Shown here piece by piece: positions 47,101 to 58,375 of a stretch of DNA of 64,000 bases. Origin of the DNA: Protoeuglena noctilucae (Eukaryota); contig OY253673.1 of assembly GCA_958009085.1 (NCBI GenBank), forward strand, positions 868,001 through 932,000. The letters run 5' to 3'. Every line of letters begins with the position of its first letter. Position 1 is the first letter of the stretch. A program made the translations under genes and the position numbers. The notes below the pieces were generated by a model that saw only the letters and a program-made list of their open reading frames with translations, ran no database searches and was not told the DNA's origin.

Positions 47101-47503
47101 GGGAACCAGCCTGTCCCGACCCTACCAGGTGGCCGTCATCACTCCTTACCGGGAGCAGAAGGCCCACCTGTCGCGCCTGCTGGCATCCAGACGCGGAGAC
47201 GTGGGGCTGCCGGCGTTCGACCCCGCCCACATCGCCATCGACACGGTGGACTCGTTCCAGGGCAAGCAAGTCGACGTGGTAATCATGTCGTGCGTCCGCA
47301 CCGACCCCTCGGGCAGGATTGGCTTCGTGGCGGACGTGCGTAGGCTCAACGTCTCCATCACGCGTGCCAAAAGGGCTCTGTGGATTGTGGGGAGCTGCCA
47401 GGCACTCGAGGCGAGCAACGCGACGTGGAAGGCACTGATCGATGACGCCAGGGGACGCCAGTGCTTCCACAGCCCCCACACGTGCCCAGAGGTCTACGCC
47501 TGA
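44171..47503 (+). CDS. SEN1/senataxin-like SF1 (Upf1-like) helicase, compact
   Basis: 'PDSFDSATQY', Walker A 'GPPGTGKT', 'ILVCAPSNAAIDEL', 'VLIDEACQ', 'LVGDPQQLPAT', 'SLFERL', 'QYRMHPEI', 'ITPYREQ', 'TVDSFQG', 'RRLNVSITRAK'. Confidence 0.94.
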
Positions 47504-47717
47504 GGGCGCTCATGAGACACCCATCTCATGGCCCAGCCCTTTCCACGGTAACTGGCTTAAACATGTTCAATTAGAATGCGTAGCAGCTAATGGATTACGA
47601 ACGTGTCCAGCAAGTGAAGAGAGTTACACAGGAATGCCTCAGTGTGCAGTGGATAACGAGGAGAGGGAATGGGGGGTGGTTGGAATGAGCGCGAGAGGTG
47701 CAAGAGTCGTCGATCAT

Positions 47718-50700
47718 CTACGCCGCTCGATCTTCGGCCAACCCCTCTGCGGTCTGCCGTGCTGGTCCGCCCCTGCGTTGCCAGTACGCGTCCCACATAC
47801 CCTCGTACGCGTCCTCCAGACCACGCATGAACTCCACGGCCCGACAGAGCTTGGACGCCAACAGCCGCGGCCGCAGGGACGCTCGCAGGGATGCCAGGTG
47901 GTCGATGCTCCCCGCCATTTCCCTGGCACGCTGTACATACTCGTCCTGTGGATGCAACATGGTCAGTGGGATCACACCCAGTGACCACATTCACCCAGTG
48001 CTGTTCGTGCAAAGATACAGGCCACTGGCACCCGAGGTCACAGACACTCCCGCCTCCCTCATCATCGCCGTTGCCACTGGGTCCACGGCTGACACTGCCC
48101 GCCTGGGAAGCCACGGCCCACTTGGCGGGTAGATCCCCTCCCACGGCCTCCATCAGCGACGCCCCGACGTTCTGGGCGTGGCATTGGCCCCGGAGGGTGA
48201 GGACAGCCACGCCCATAAACATGGCCTCCACGGTGGTGGTCGTGCCTGCGTGGGAGAGACGCATGGCTTTACAGTCAGGGTGAGGGCCATGCCTGTTTGA
48301 GCGAGTATGAATAGGGATGCAGAGCGGGTGTAGGATTGGTGGGCTGTGAAGCAGCTGTTGCAGTAACGCTGCAGCCGCACACAGGTTTGATCATGTGATG
48401 GCTGCTGACCCGCACCCACGCGCACACGGACACCCACATCGCACGCACACCCGCACACCCCACCCAAGACACACCCGCGTAAGGGAAAGGGTCGAGGCCG
48501 ATGTCCACGAGGCCGTACGCAGCGAGGTGGTCCGCGTTGGACGCACGCATCGGGATCAAGTCCACGCGGCCGGGGTCCAGCCCCGCGTTTCTCAGAACCG
48601 CCTGGTACTCTCGCCGGGCCACGGCGCACACGAAGGGCTTGCCCTTGAGGAGCAGGCGGCTGCCGGGTACGGCTGCCAGAACGCGGCCCCAGAGGGCGAG
48701 GACCTCCTCGGTCACTTTCGCGAGGTTGTTGAAGCTCCCGAACGTCACGAAGCCGTTGGCGGCCGCCGGCAGGGGCGCGACGTCCGGGGCCTGGCGGGGC
48801 GGGGCGTAGCAGAGGAAGCACCCGGGCAGTCGCACGAGGGTCTCCACGAAGGACTGGGTGGTGTCTGGGGGGTCAGCCACCGCGTCTGTCAGTCGGTAGT
48901 CGACGGCCTGGAGGCCGGTCGAGTTGGGGTAGCCGATCCAGGTGACCTGCACTGGTGCCGGTCGCATGGCGAGCGTCCCCAGGCGGTTGTTGGCGGTGTG
49001 CCCTGTCAGGTCCACGAGGATGTCCAGTCGGTCCTCTCGAGCCATGACAGCCAGCTCTGCCTCGGTCAGGCTCGCCACGTCGCGCCAGACGTGCCCCGCT
49101 GCCGTCACGCGCTCCCTGCGCGAGAGGCAACGGGTGCCGAGTCGCTGGTCAGCCGCAGTCCTTGCTTTGGCCCCGTGTGCTGTGCAGCACCGAGTTGTAC
49201 CCCTCGTGCCCTCCCTGGCAGCCTCGCAACATGACCCTTACACCCGGCAGCATGAGCCTCGCCAAATGTCGGCGTCACCTCAGGTACTTAGTCTTGTCGT
49301 CCTCTCGTGGGGTGCAGTTGTACACTACTGCCAGGAACCGATCCTTGTCGTGCCCAGTCAGGGGCACCTCCGCGAAGTAGGACACCGAGTGGGTGAAGAG
49401 GTCGGGGCTGACGTAACCCACACGCAGGGCGCGGCCCTCCCGCGCCTCGGGAGAGGCCTTGGAAAGCACCTGGAAGCCAGCTTGGAACTTGACACCCCAC
49501 GCCTCGTGCTCGCGGCTCACCAGGGGATCCTCCCCAGGGTGCACGTAGTTGAGGCCCAGCAAGCGGTTCTGCGCCGCCTTCCTGCAACGACCCGCACGGA
49601 CAGAGAGCTAGCTGAGGGTGGGCCATACGCAAACGAATTAGAGCTTTCCAAAAGGCCTCAGTTCCAGCATGCGCGTTCATGACACATGGGCGCGCTGCGG
49701 AACCAGGCACAGACAGCCGCACGCTGCCCCAGGCGTGCCGCACCGGTTGGACGGCTCCAGCGCCAGACAGCGGTCGTAGGAATCGAGGGCATCCCGCGCC
49801 CTCCCAACGTCCTTTAGGAGAATGCCCATGTTGTTGTGGGCCTCCGCATAGCCCGCGTCCACCTGATTGAGAAAGAAACCCGGCAGCTTCGCTTTGACAG
49901 CGAGGCAGTGGGTGGGTCGGCATCAACACGAGGTCACAGATGCGCGGCCAGAGGGGCCAGCCATTCTCCCTGCTGTCACATACTGCTTGCCTGGAGTGCA
50001 GCCTGCAGGGCGTCCCTGCCCTTCTGCATTCCCCCTTGGGAAATGAGGACCACGCCGAGGTTGTTCAGGCTTTGCGGGAAGGACGGGTTGGCCGCGATGG
50101 CCCTCCGGTAGCATGCCACCGCACTCTCAGTCAGCCCCAGGTCCTGCGAAGGAGGCGGTGTGAGTGCAGCGGGACTCGCACACGCGCACGTATCGGCCAC
50201 AGGGCAAGCGCCGTGCCTGCAGGTGCATGTCGCATTGCTCGCCTTGAACACCACCCCTAGGTTGTTCCAGGCCTCGGCGTGCCCCTCGCTCAGCGCCACG
50301 GCGGCCTCGTAGCAGAAGACTGCACGGTGGAGGCGGCCCCTCGCGGCGTGCAGCACGCCAAGGTTGTACAGTGCAGGGACGTGCTTTGAGTGCACGGCGA
50401 GCGCATGGTCAAGATACGCCTCGGCGTCCGCGGGGCTCCCACTCGCCATCTCCTGCACGCGATAGAGACTCGACTCTCGCACGCTTGAGCCCTTGCCAGC
50501 ACGCAACGTGTGAAGGCGACGTGCAGGGCCCCACCTGTGCCCCAAGCGCAGTCAACAAGCTCGCCAGGTTCTCTCGAACCACGTCGTGGGAGGGTGCGAG
50601 GCGATATGCTCGGTCAAAGAGCTGCCGCGCCCGCGCCGTGTCTCCTTGGGCCCTGACAAGCACCCCCAGGTTGCTCAGCGCCTCCAAGTAGTCCGGCCGC

Positions 50701-51672
50701 AGCTCCAACGCCCTCTCGTAATGCCGCACCGCGGCTTCCGCGTCCCCACGTGAGCTTGAGACCACCCTGCAGCGGGTCACAAGTGCGCACTCACGCCTGC
50801 ACCTGCCACACCATGCGTGCCAATGGAGCTCTCGCAAGGCATACTCACCCGAGGTTGTATTCTGCCGCAGCGCAGGCGCCGTCCACCGTCAGCGCTTCTC
50901 GGTACATGGCCTCAGCCACCTCTACGCCCCCCGCCGTCAGCTTCGCAGTGGCGAGGTCGGTCAGCACCTCCGCCAGAGCCTTGCACCACTCTGGGCTGTG
51001 GCTCTCGCAGTCCTGCGAAGGTCGAGCGGCGCACGGCTCGTCGAGAACTGCCCCGGGCACCCTCACAGCGACGCTGCGATGCCATCGTGCAGCTCTGCCG
51101 GGCCATCACGCACCTTGGCTCGGAGGAGCCACTCCCGCGCTTGCTCGAGGTGGCCGGACGCCCTGCTGATCGCCGCGCACCGCAGCAACGCCGGCTCGTG
51201 GCGGCTGTCCATGGCCAAGGCAGCCGCGTAGCAGCCCATCGCTGCAGGTATGTCCTGTGAGAGAAAGCAACACCCATGTCGGCACAGCGCATGGCTGACG
51301 GCGAGGGACTGCGTGACCTGATGATCCATGTAGTTTGGCGCGCCTTGACTGTGTCTCACCTGCGCTCCCTCGCAGCACAGGCCCTCGAGGAAGGCGCAGT
51401 GAGGGTGATCGGGGTGGGCTGCTCTCAGCTGTCCGCTACGGGCATGCGCCGCATCCACGTGGCCTCTCTCAAGCAACACACGCACGAGGCGCAGGTCGGA
51501 TTCCGGCGCCGCCCCGCGCGTCCCTGCAAATGGGTGAGGAACAAAACTTGCCGTGCGCAGTTCGTCGCCTTGCGCGGGATTCAGCAGCATCCACCGCACC
51601 TGGCCCATCTACATTTTCTTCGCTTTCTGCCAACGCGTCCAAGCGCGCATCGCCCTCACGGCCGCCCCCCAT
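47718..51672 (-). CDS. SPY: SPINDLY protein O-fucosyltransferase (TPR repeats + GT41); start approximate
   Basis: TPR motifs 'AEAWNNLGVVFK' and 'QSLNNLGVV'. Catalytic-domain motifs 'VGYVSPDLFTHSVSYF', 'DILVDLTGHTANNRLG', 'PAPVQVTWIGYPNSTG', 'TFGSFNNLAK', 'DPFPYAG|TTTTVEAMFMGV'. Confidence 0.95.
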
Positions 51673-51969
51673 CAAGCACCATCCGCAAGATGCGAAGCAC
51701 CGAGCTGGAGACAGAGACCGATGACATGCCAAGTGGGACACAGAAGAGCAAGCAAGCGGAAATTGAGCACGAGATTTCTCTTCAGGGGCCCGACAGTGCG
51801 AGACGGGCCACGGCGTGCTTGCAGGGCAAACCTCTGCCGAGCTCCGCGCCTGCCGAGTTATCAGCTTCGGAGCTGCCATGTACGTCTCTGTCTTTCCTGC
51901 TGTTACACGTTCCAGGGCCGTGAGCCTCGATATAGCGTGGCGGGCGTAGCAAAACGCAGCCCTTGTGCC

Positions 51970-54437
51970 ATGGAGGGGGCCGGCCTCCGCCCAGCAGCGG
52001 CCTTCCGTGCCCATATCACGGGTGGGACTCGCAGAGCAGTCATTTCATTTGCTCGGCGCATCAATGACGTCGGGCACGACAACGGGTGGGCGCAGCGGGC
52101 CAGGGACCTCGCGCAAAGTGCGGGGGAGGCTGCTGACCGCCGCCCCGGGATGGCGAGGAAACGGACCCGACGTCCAAAAAAGGCCGGTACAGAAAGAAAC
52201 GAGGAAGCAGAGGAAGATGTCCACGCAGCGCGTCCCTCACCAGCTGCGTCAACATCCGCTCCCTCCCCTCCTTCCGACCCACCCCTGGCCCAGCAGCGGA
52301 CCCATACCCCGCCTGGCAGGGGCTCCGTGGCGCTGACGAAGGCGGACATCGACGGTGAGCCACTCCTTTCTCGTCTTGTGGCCCTTCTGTGTCTCAATGC
52401 TCTGCATGGTCGACAAAGGACACAGTGCTTTGCTCCGGTTCCGCAGCACTGGCGCAGCAGGACGTGGATGATGCCGAGCATTCCATCATGCGCCTGTGGC
52501 CGGAGTGGTTTGACAGCCTCGAGCCGAGCGGGGAGGCGCGGCCGACCCCGACGGAGGCCGTGGCGCTGATGCGGGCCCTGGGGGCATCCAGGTGCGTGGC
52601 CTGCCGCCAAGCGGTGCGTCGTTGAGGTTTAAATAGGTCCCTCTCAGGGTGGCCCTCACCTGTCGGGGAGGGTGGGAACTTTCAACATGCGGTTTCCTTT
52701 TCTTTCCTTTTGCGCAGCTTGAAGTCACCTGCGTTGCGACGGGATCGGCTGTCGAGAGATCGATGCGTCCAGCGGCTGCTGCTTGCCTGCCACGCAAGTG
52801 GCGACAGGTGTGCAGATGGCTGCGGCTGTGGGTGTTACCATGTAAACGAGCGCCGCCCTTGTTTTAAACCACCCTCGTTCCTCGTGCCTACTCTCAGGGA
52901 TGGCTCGTTGCAATCCCTGCAGCCCCACGACCTGGCCTCCCTTGTGTGGGCCATGGCTGCGATGGGCGGTGCCTCGGCGTTTGGCACAGAGACCGAGCGG
53001 GCCCTGGGTGCCATTCAGGAGCAAAGGTGCGTGTTGACAGCAAGCTGCCCCGTCTCAGTGCGCTATCTCACTGCCGTGCTTTTCCCCCATGGCTTGGATC
53101 GTTTCCACATCGCTTGCACTGGACAACACCCACACCGTGCTACCCCACCGACGCTTGCAGGGGCTGGCGAGGCCTCGGGACCCGGCAGCTCTGCGATGTT
53201 GTCTGGGCCCTCGCGCGAAGTCGGCATTGGTCGCCGCACTTGGGGGAGCTGGCCAGGTGAGGCGCGGTGTGCAAGCGTGTCTGGATGTCAGCCGCTGCAG
53301 CCGTCAGTTGCGGAATGAGATTCCGCAACTGAGAGGGAGACTCTGTGCGTGGCTGACCATCGCTGCAGGCTTTTGGGCGACAGGGCACGTGGTCTAACGC
53401 CAGGGCAAGTCACGTCCGCCATGTGGGGCTTCGCCAGCCTGGGCTACACGCCCAACGCCTTCTTGCGTGCCGTGGACTGGCCCGGCGTGTGCCAATCCGC
53501 GTCCTTCAAGCAAGTGGCTTCCCTTGCGTGGTCTGCGGCTGTGGTGGGCCAGGCAGGCGCCGCGATTGGTCACGCGGCACTGCGCCGACTGTGCGGCCTC
53601 TGGGACCCCGCGACTTCCCAAGGTGAGCGCATGCGGTGGAATCTAAATTTATATCTTCTCTCAAAGGTACAAGCCATTGTCAGAGTCCCTATTGCACAGC
53701 TGCGCCTGACAGTCGCCAAGCATGGCGCACCTTCCTGTTGCAGAGCCCTCGCCCATGCACCAGGCTCACATGGCCATGGAGGCAGCGCGAGCAGACGGCG
53801 GAGACCTGCCCAGTCACCCTTCCATCGAGCCCCTGTCTCGGGCGGCCAGGGCAGCTTGGGAGCAGCACCTGCAAACCCACGTGCCCCGCCCGTCTCGCTA
53901 CCAGGTGCGCAGTGTGGTGTCTAAGAGTCAAAGCTAACCCATGCCTGTGACATGCTCTCGATGCACGGTGCGCGAGCCGACTGTGTTCGCTGGGCTCATC
54001 TCCTTGCCTGCGTGGCGCCACGTGCGTGCAGGAGTACGTGAGGCGAGCGCTCATCTACCTGGGCGTGCGGGCGTTCACGGAGGAGGACACGAGCTCGGGC
54101 CTGTCGATTGATGTGGCCATTCCCGACATTCAGGTGGCCGTGGAAATCGACGGTCCTTCCCACTTTGCACGCACGACGGGTGAGTGGTGGCAAGCTGCGG
54201 GGTGCTCCGGCACAGTGGGCCTTCACAGATGGCATGCAAATCGGCTGTCACTATTCATGTACAGGCTCGCCCCTGGGCCATGCGATCCTCAAGCATCGTC
54301 TACTCCGGGCCAAAGGCTGGCGTGTCGTGAGTCTCTCCCACACCACGCTCGACCAGTGCGGCGGACACCAGGACATCGCAGCGGTCCTGCGCCCGTCGCT
54401 CGCGGCCGCCTTCCAAGAGAATGGCATCAGTTTCTGA
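51970..54437 (+). CDS. OPR-like repeat + RAP domain protein, probably organellar RNA maturation
   Basis: Repeats 'PHDLASLVWAMAAMG', 'TRQLCDVVWALAR', 'PGQVTSAMWGFASLGY'. RAP domain 'SIDVAI...VAVEIDGPSHF...LKHRLLRAKGWRVVSL'. Confidence 0.9.
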
Positions 54438-55300
54438 GCCCGCGGCGATAAGAATGTGCGTCGGCCCGCTTTGCTGCCGCACCAAAGCCCTTGGCAGGGA
54501 TGCCACGGTTGGACCGACGATGGCGGTCCTGGAGCCTGGCCTTGAGGTATCCTCGTGCCTTCTCCGACGCCTGTGATGCAACGAAGTCGTGAGTGGAGAT
54601 CGTAATGTTTTTTGCAGCGCAATCAACAGCCAGCAGCCTTGGATGGCCACAGGCCCAAGGTCGATGTAGCTCACCTCTGCGGACCCGACGCTCCCCTCCG
54701 TTAGCACCCGCACCACGACCGGACCCTTGCGCAGCTCCGACTGGACCTTGCTCCGTTTGCGCTGCGTGCGCAAAATGCCTTGCTTGAACACAACTAGCAC
54801 CTGCGTGCGCCCCACCCGCGCCCTGACTGCGCCCCTGCGCCCCAGCCACACCTTGGGCGGTGCTGCAAAGTCCTCGTCCGCCGGCGTCGGCTCCCCGTGT
54901 GACCGACGCGTCCAAGTTCCTGCCCTCATTTCGTCAATGTCCCCGTCCGACAAGCTCCACTCGTCGTCCTCTCGACCAACGCTCGGCTGTGCGTCCTGCG
55001 CCGCCGCCTTCCCCCCGTCATTCTCGGGCGCGGCAGAGGCCAGGCGCTCCACGTCACGACGCCGACGAACCCGCAGCTCTCGCCGGTGCTGGTCACAGGC
55101 GCGCCGCTCCCGCGTTTGTGCGTCCTTCGCCTGTGTGTAGCGCAGTTGCACAAAGCTTGCACACAGGTATAGCAATGACGAAATGTAAACGGACAAAATC
55201 CTTTTCCGCAGCGTGCGCGTCGTGTCCGCACCGCACGACTGGCGGCTGCGCCTGCAACTTCCTCCGGCGCGTCGTTGTCGCTCTCACGGTTGTCCGACAT
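54427..55300 (-). CDS. Hypothetical charged protein with N-terminal 'DNDAPEEV' motif (possibly nucleolar); exon structure uncertain
   Basis: ATG at 55300 'MSDNRESDNDAPEEV', Arg/Asp-rich exons, plausible GT-AG introns. Confidence 0.5.
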
Positions 55301-55632
55301 CCTGACAGCACTGCTAGCTCAATCAAGCTCAGTAGTCATGCGAAATGAGAGCCGACTGAAAGTATAGGCGCCCGCTTCGGACAACATTAGCCGTCTGGCA
55401 AAATGCGAAAACGCCAGGCCTTCCAGCACGTCGATGCGAGGGCGGTGGGCCACAGCAGCGCTTGTCCTGCACACTACGGAGTACGTCGAACGCTCTTGTC
55501 CAATCAACTAGTCGAGGGATGCGCTAGTAGTCCAGATCAGCTGACGTGAATCGCATGGTTGGGTGTGTAGCGCGCCCCACTTGGCGGCGGCTGACGGGAG
55601 GGAGTCCCCACATCCTTTTGAGGCGGGCGCAC

Positions 55633-56804
55633 ATGGTATCCTTCCAGCTGGCTGCGGGCGCCAGCCTGGAGGGCTTCATGAGCAGGATACGGTGAACGGG
55701 CGGCGCAGCCTGGGCCGCAAAGCTCGCATTTCTCGGCATTGCTTAGCTTCTGCAAGTCGCTGATGCGTGCAGGGAGGTGAACAATCTGTCGGAAGACCGG
55801 GAAACCAAGCTGAGTGACTACGCGCCGCTCGTCGTGGAGGGGAAGCACGTCGGCTTGGTCAACCCCGCCATCCGGGACCTGCTCTTAGCCCCAGAGCACG
55901 ACGGCGTCTTCACACGGGTCGGGGGAGCCGTGACTGTGCCTGGGAGCTACCTCACACAGTGAGGACACAACCCACAGCCCTTGCCCTTCCAGCCTGCCAG
56001 TGCCTGCTCCTGCATCATCCTGGGCGCACCGATTTGCGCAGGGAGGCCCGCACCGCGGCGGTGGCACGCGTCTTGCGGTCGCTTCACGAGACGGGCGCGA
56101 TCCCCGGCTGGCGCGACGAGCTCTACCCCGTCGTCGACCGCTTTGGGGGAGAGCCCCTGATGCTGGTGGAGCGGGCAACGGCGGCGTACCTGGGCATCAA
56201 GGCGTACGGGGTGCACGTGAACGGCTTTGTGGTGCACGGGGACGGCCGCAAGCAGCTCTGGGTGGCGCGGCGCAGCGCCTCCAAGCCCACGTGGCCTGGG
56301 ATGCTGGACCACATTGTTGCGGGGGGGCAGCCGCACGGTCTTAGCCCCCTGGAGAACGTGGTGAAGGAGTGCATGGAGGAAGCCTCAATTCCCGAGACCC
56401 TTGCTCGGCGAGCCGTCCCCGTGGGCGCTGTTTCCTACGAATGCCTCGGGCCCCGGGGCGTGGCCCGTGACTGCCTCTTCGTCTACGACCTGGAGCTCCC
56501 GGCGGACTTCGTGCCACAGGCGCAGGACGGGGAGGTGGAGGAGTTCTTTTTGATGGATTTGGAGGAGGTGAGTGGGGCGAGGACACAAGTGGCCACAGGC
56601 GGTGGGAGGGCGGTGCCAGCCGCGCAGATCCCGCGCGCCGTAGTGCCTCCGCAGGTGGCGGAGCTGGTGCGGACGACCACGCAGTACAAGCCCAATTGCA
56701 ACCTGGTCGTCATCGACTTCCTCGTGCGGCACGGCGTCATCACGCCTGAGAACCCAGGGTACCTGGACCTCGTGGGGGCTCTGCGGAGCGGGTCGTGCTG
56801 CTAG
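55633..56804 (+). CDS. Nudix hydrolase of the plant NUDX20/24 type
   Basis: 'GWRDELYPV', 'ERATAAYLGIKAYGVHVNGFV', 'LWVARRSASKPTWPGMLDHIVAGG', Nudix box 'VKECMEEASIP', 'DGEVEEF', 'YKPNCNLVVIDFLVRHG'. Confidence 0.93.
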
Positions 56805-56827
56805 CGGCAGATGATCGTGTTCAAGGG

Positions 56828-57887
56828 TCAGCCCCGTTTGGTCAAGATGTAGATGATGCAGAAGGCAACGCACACGGCCACCACGACCGACAGCACGATG
56901 GCGTCCTTGGACTTGCGCCTGCGTATTGCGTTCATGATTCCATTCATGAGCGGGAACCTCGCCCCTGCGTGCGTCGGCAAGGGATGTGGCGGGCTTACGC
57001 ACACGACAGCCCTCTTACGCACCTGGCTGACCACAGGGCTGCGCTGGCCCCACCTGCCGCCATGACCTTCTTCCCAATGCCCCCGATCAGCTTGCCCTGC
57101 TCCGCCAGGCCGTTGGCGACGGTCTGTGCTTGGCTCAGCACCCCGTCCAGCGCCAGCGACGTGCTCGCAACCATTCCCTTCTCACGCAGCAGCGCCTGCG
57201 TTGCCGAGCCGCTCTCAATGTCTCCGCCCGAGCTGGCGCCCGCGAGTAGCTCGGCAGTGTCCTTGGCCGCGCTCAAATTGGAACGCAGGCGCTGGAACTC
57301 CAGCTTGAGGTCCTGCACTCCACGTGGGTGTACACAGCATGGGCGCGGTGTTTGGCAAAAACTGCGTGACGACCATTGCCGGCGTCAGCCTCCTCGGCAA
57401 GCAACCAGTGCCAGTTTGCCGTCTCGCCTGCAGGATCGCCTTGTGCCGGGCCAGTTGGAACATGCGCGACCCGCCCCCCGTGTCCTCCGCCGCCACCCGC
57501 ATGCTCTCGTTCAGGGACTCGAGGCGCTGCGTTCAGAGGCCAGGATCGGGTGCACGACATGACACGATCGCACGACATCGAAGAGCGGGGATCGCCCCAC
57601 AAAGGCCCGCCTTGGCACCTTGAGAAGCGTGTCTGCCTCGTCTGCGACGCGCTGCGCGGACATCAGCGATTGCGGGTCCCTGCCCAGGATACCATGGCCA
57701 TGAGTGAATCTGCAGGCGCGAAGAGGCGCACGGTCGCAATCGCAGCGGGCCAGGGCACACTTGCCCGACCTGCGTGATTCTCCGCGCGCAAAGCCGTGCG
57801 TGCGCACCTTGCCAGCGACGCCAACGATGTCTCCAACTCCTCCTCGACCCTCCGGGCATCCCGGTTCAGCGTCTCCCACGGCACCAT
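56828..57887 (-). CDS. GOS1: Golgi Qb-SNARE GOS1/GS28
   Basis: 'WETLNRDARRVEEELE', 'LARHKAILQ|DLKLEF', 'LLREKG', 'RFPLMNGIMNAIRRRKSKDAIVLSVVVAVCVAFCIIY' (C-terminal transmembrane anchor). Confidence 0.9.
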
Positions 57888-58375
57888 GGGGAACGCCGCC
57901 CTTCCCTGCTCCCACCCCGTGCCTCGCTCAGCCACACCCCGATGGCGCGGTCAGGGTACCTGTGCCCCACGTCGTTGGATCAGCCAGGGCGACAAACGGC
58001 CTCAGGCGCTCTGCCAGGGTTAGTGAGACTCCGTCTCTGCGCACAGTTGGCAATTCCCTGGACGTTCTCCGGTGCGAGTGGCAGCCCGCGCTCTTCCTAG
58101 CGTAACTGGGTGGGGCAGAGCACAGATCACCGTGATTTTCATCTCAATTCGCCCACTGGCAAGACCGGGCGGTGCAACAGCCAGCTTATGATGGCACCCA
58201 TCGCGACGGCATTCGCAAACAGCCACTTCATGTGCAGTCCTTGCGGTCCAGAGCTGCATTGGATCGCATCTCGGTCCATCCACGACGCGGGCGCCACGCG
58301 CGGCGTGCGGTTGCCGATGGTGCACGATTCAAGACGTGCTTCGATGACTTGAGAGCCTGAAGCAGCTGGGATAGG

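Noticed and set aside
13905..56804. Apparent cluster of RNA-processing genes (METTL16, RRM, cap methyltransferase, SEN1-like, RAP, Nudix)
   Set aside because: They are interspersed with unrelated housekeeping genes and act in different compartments, so there is no evidence of a functional cluster.
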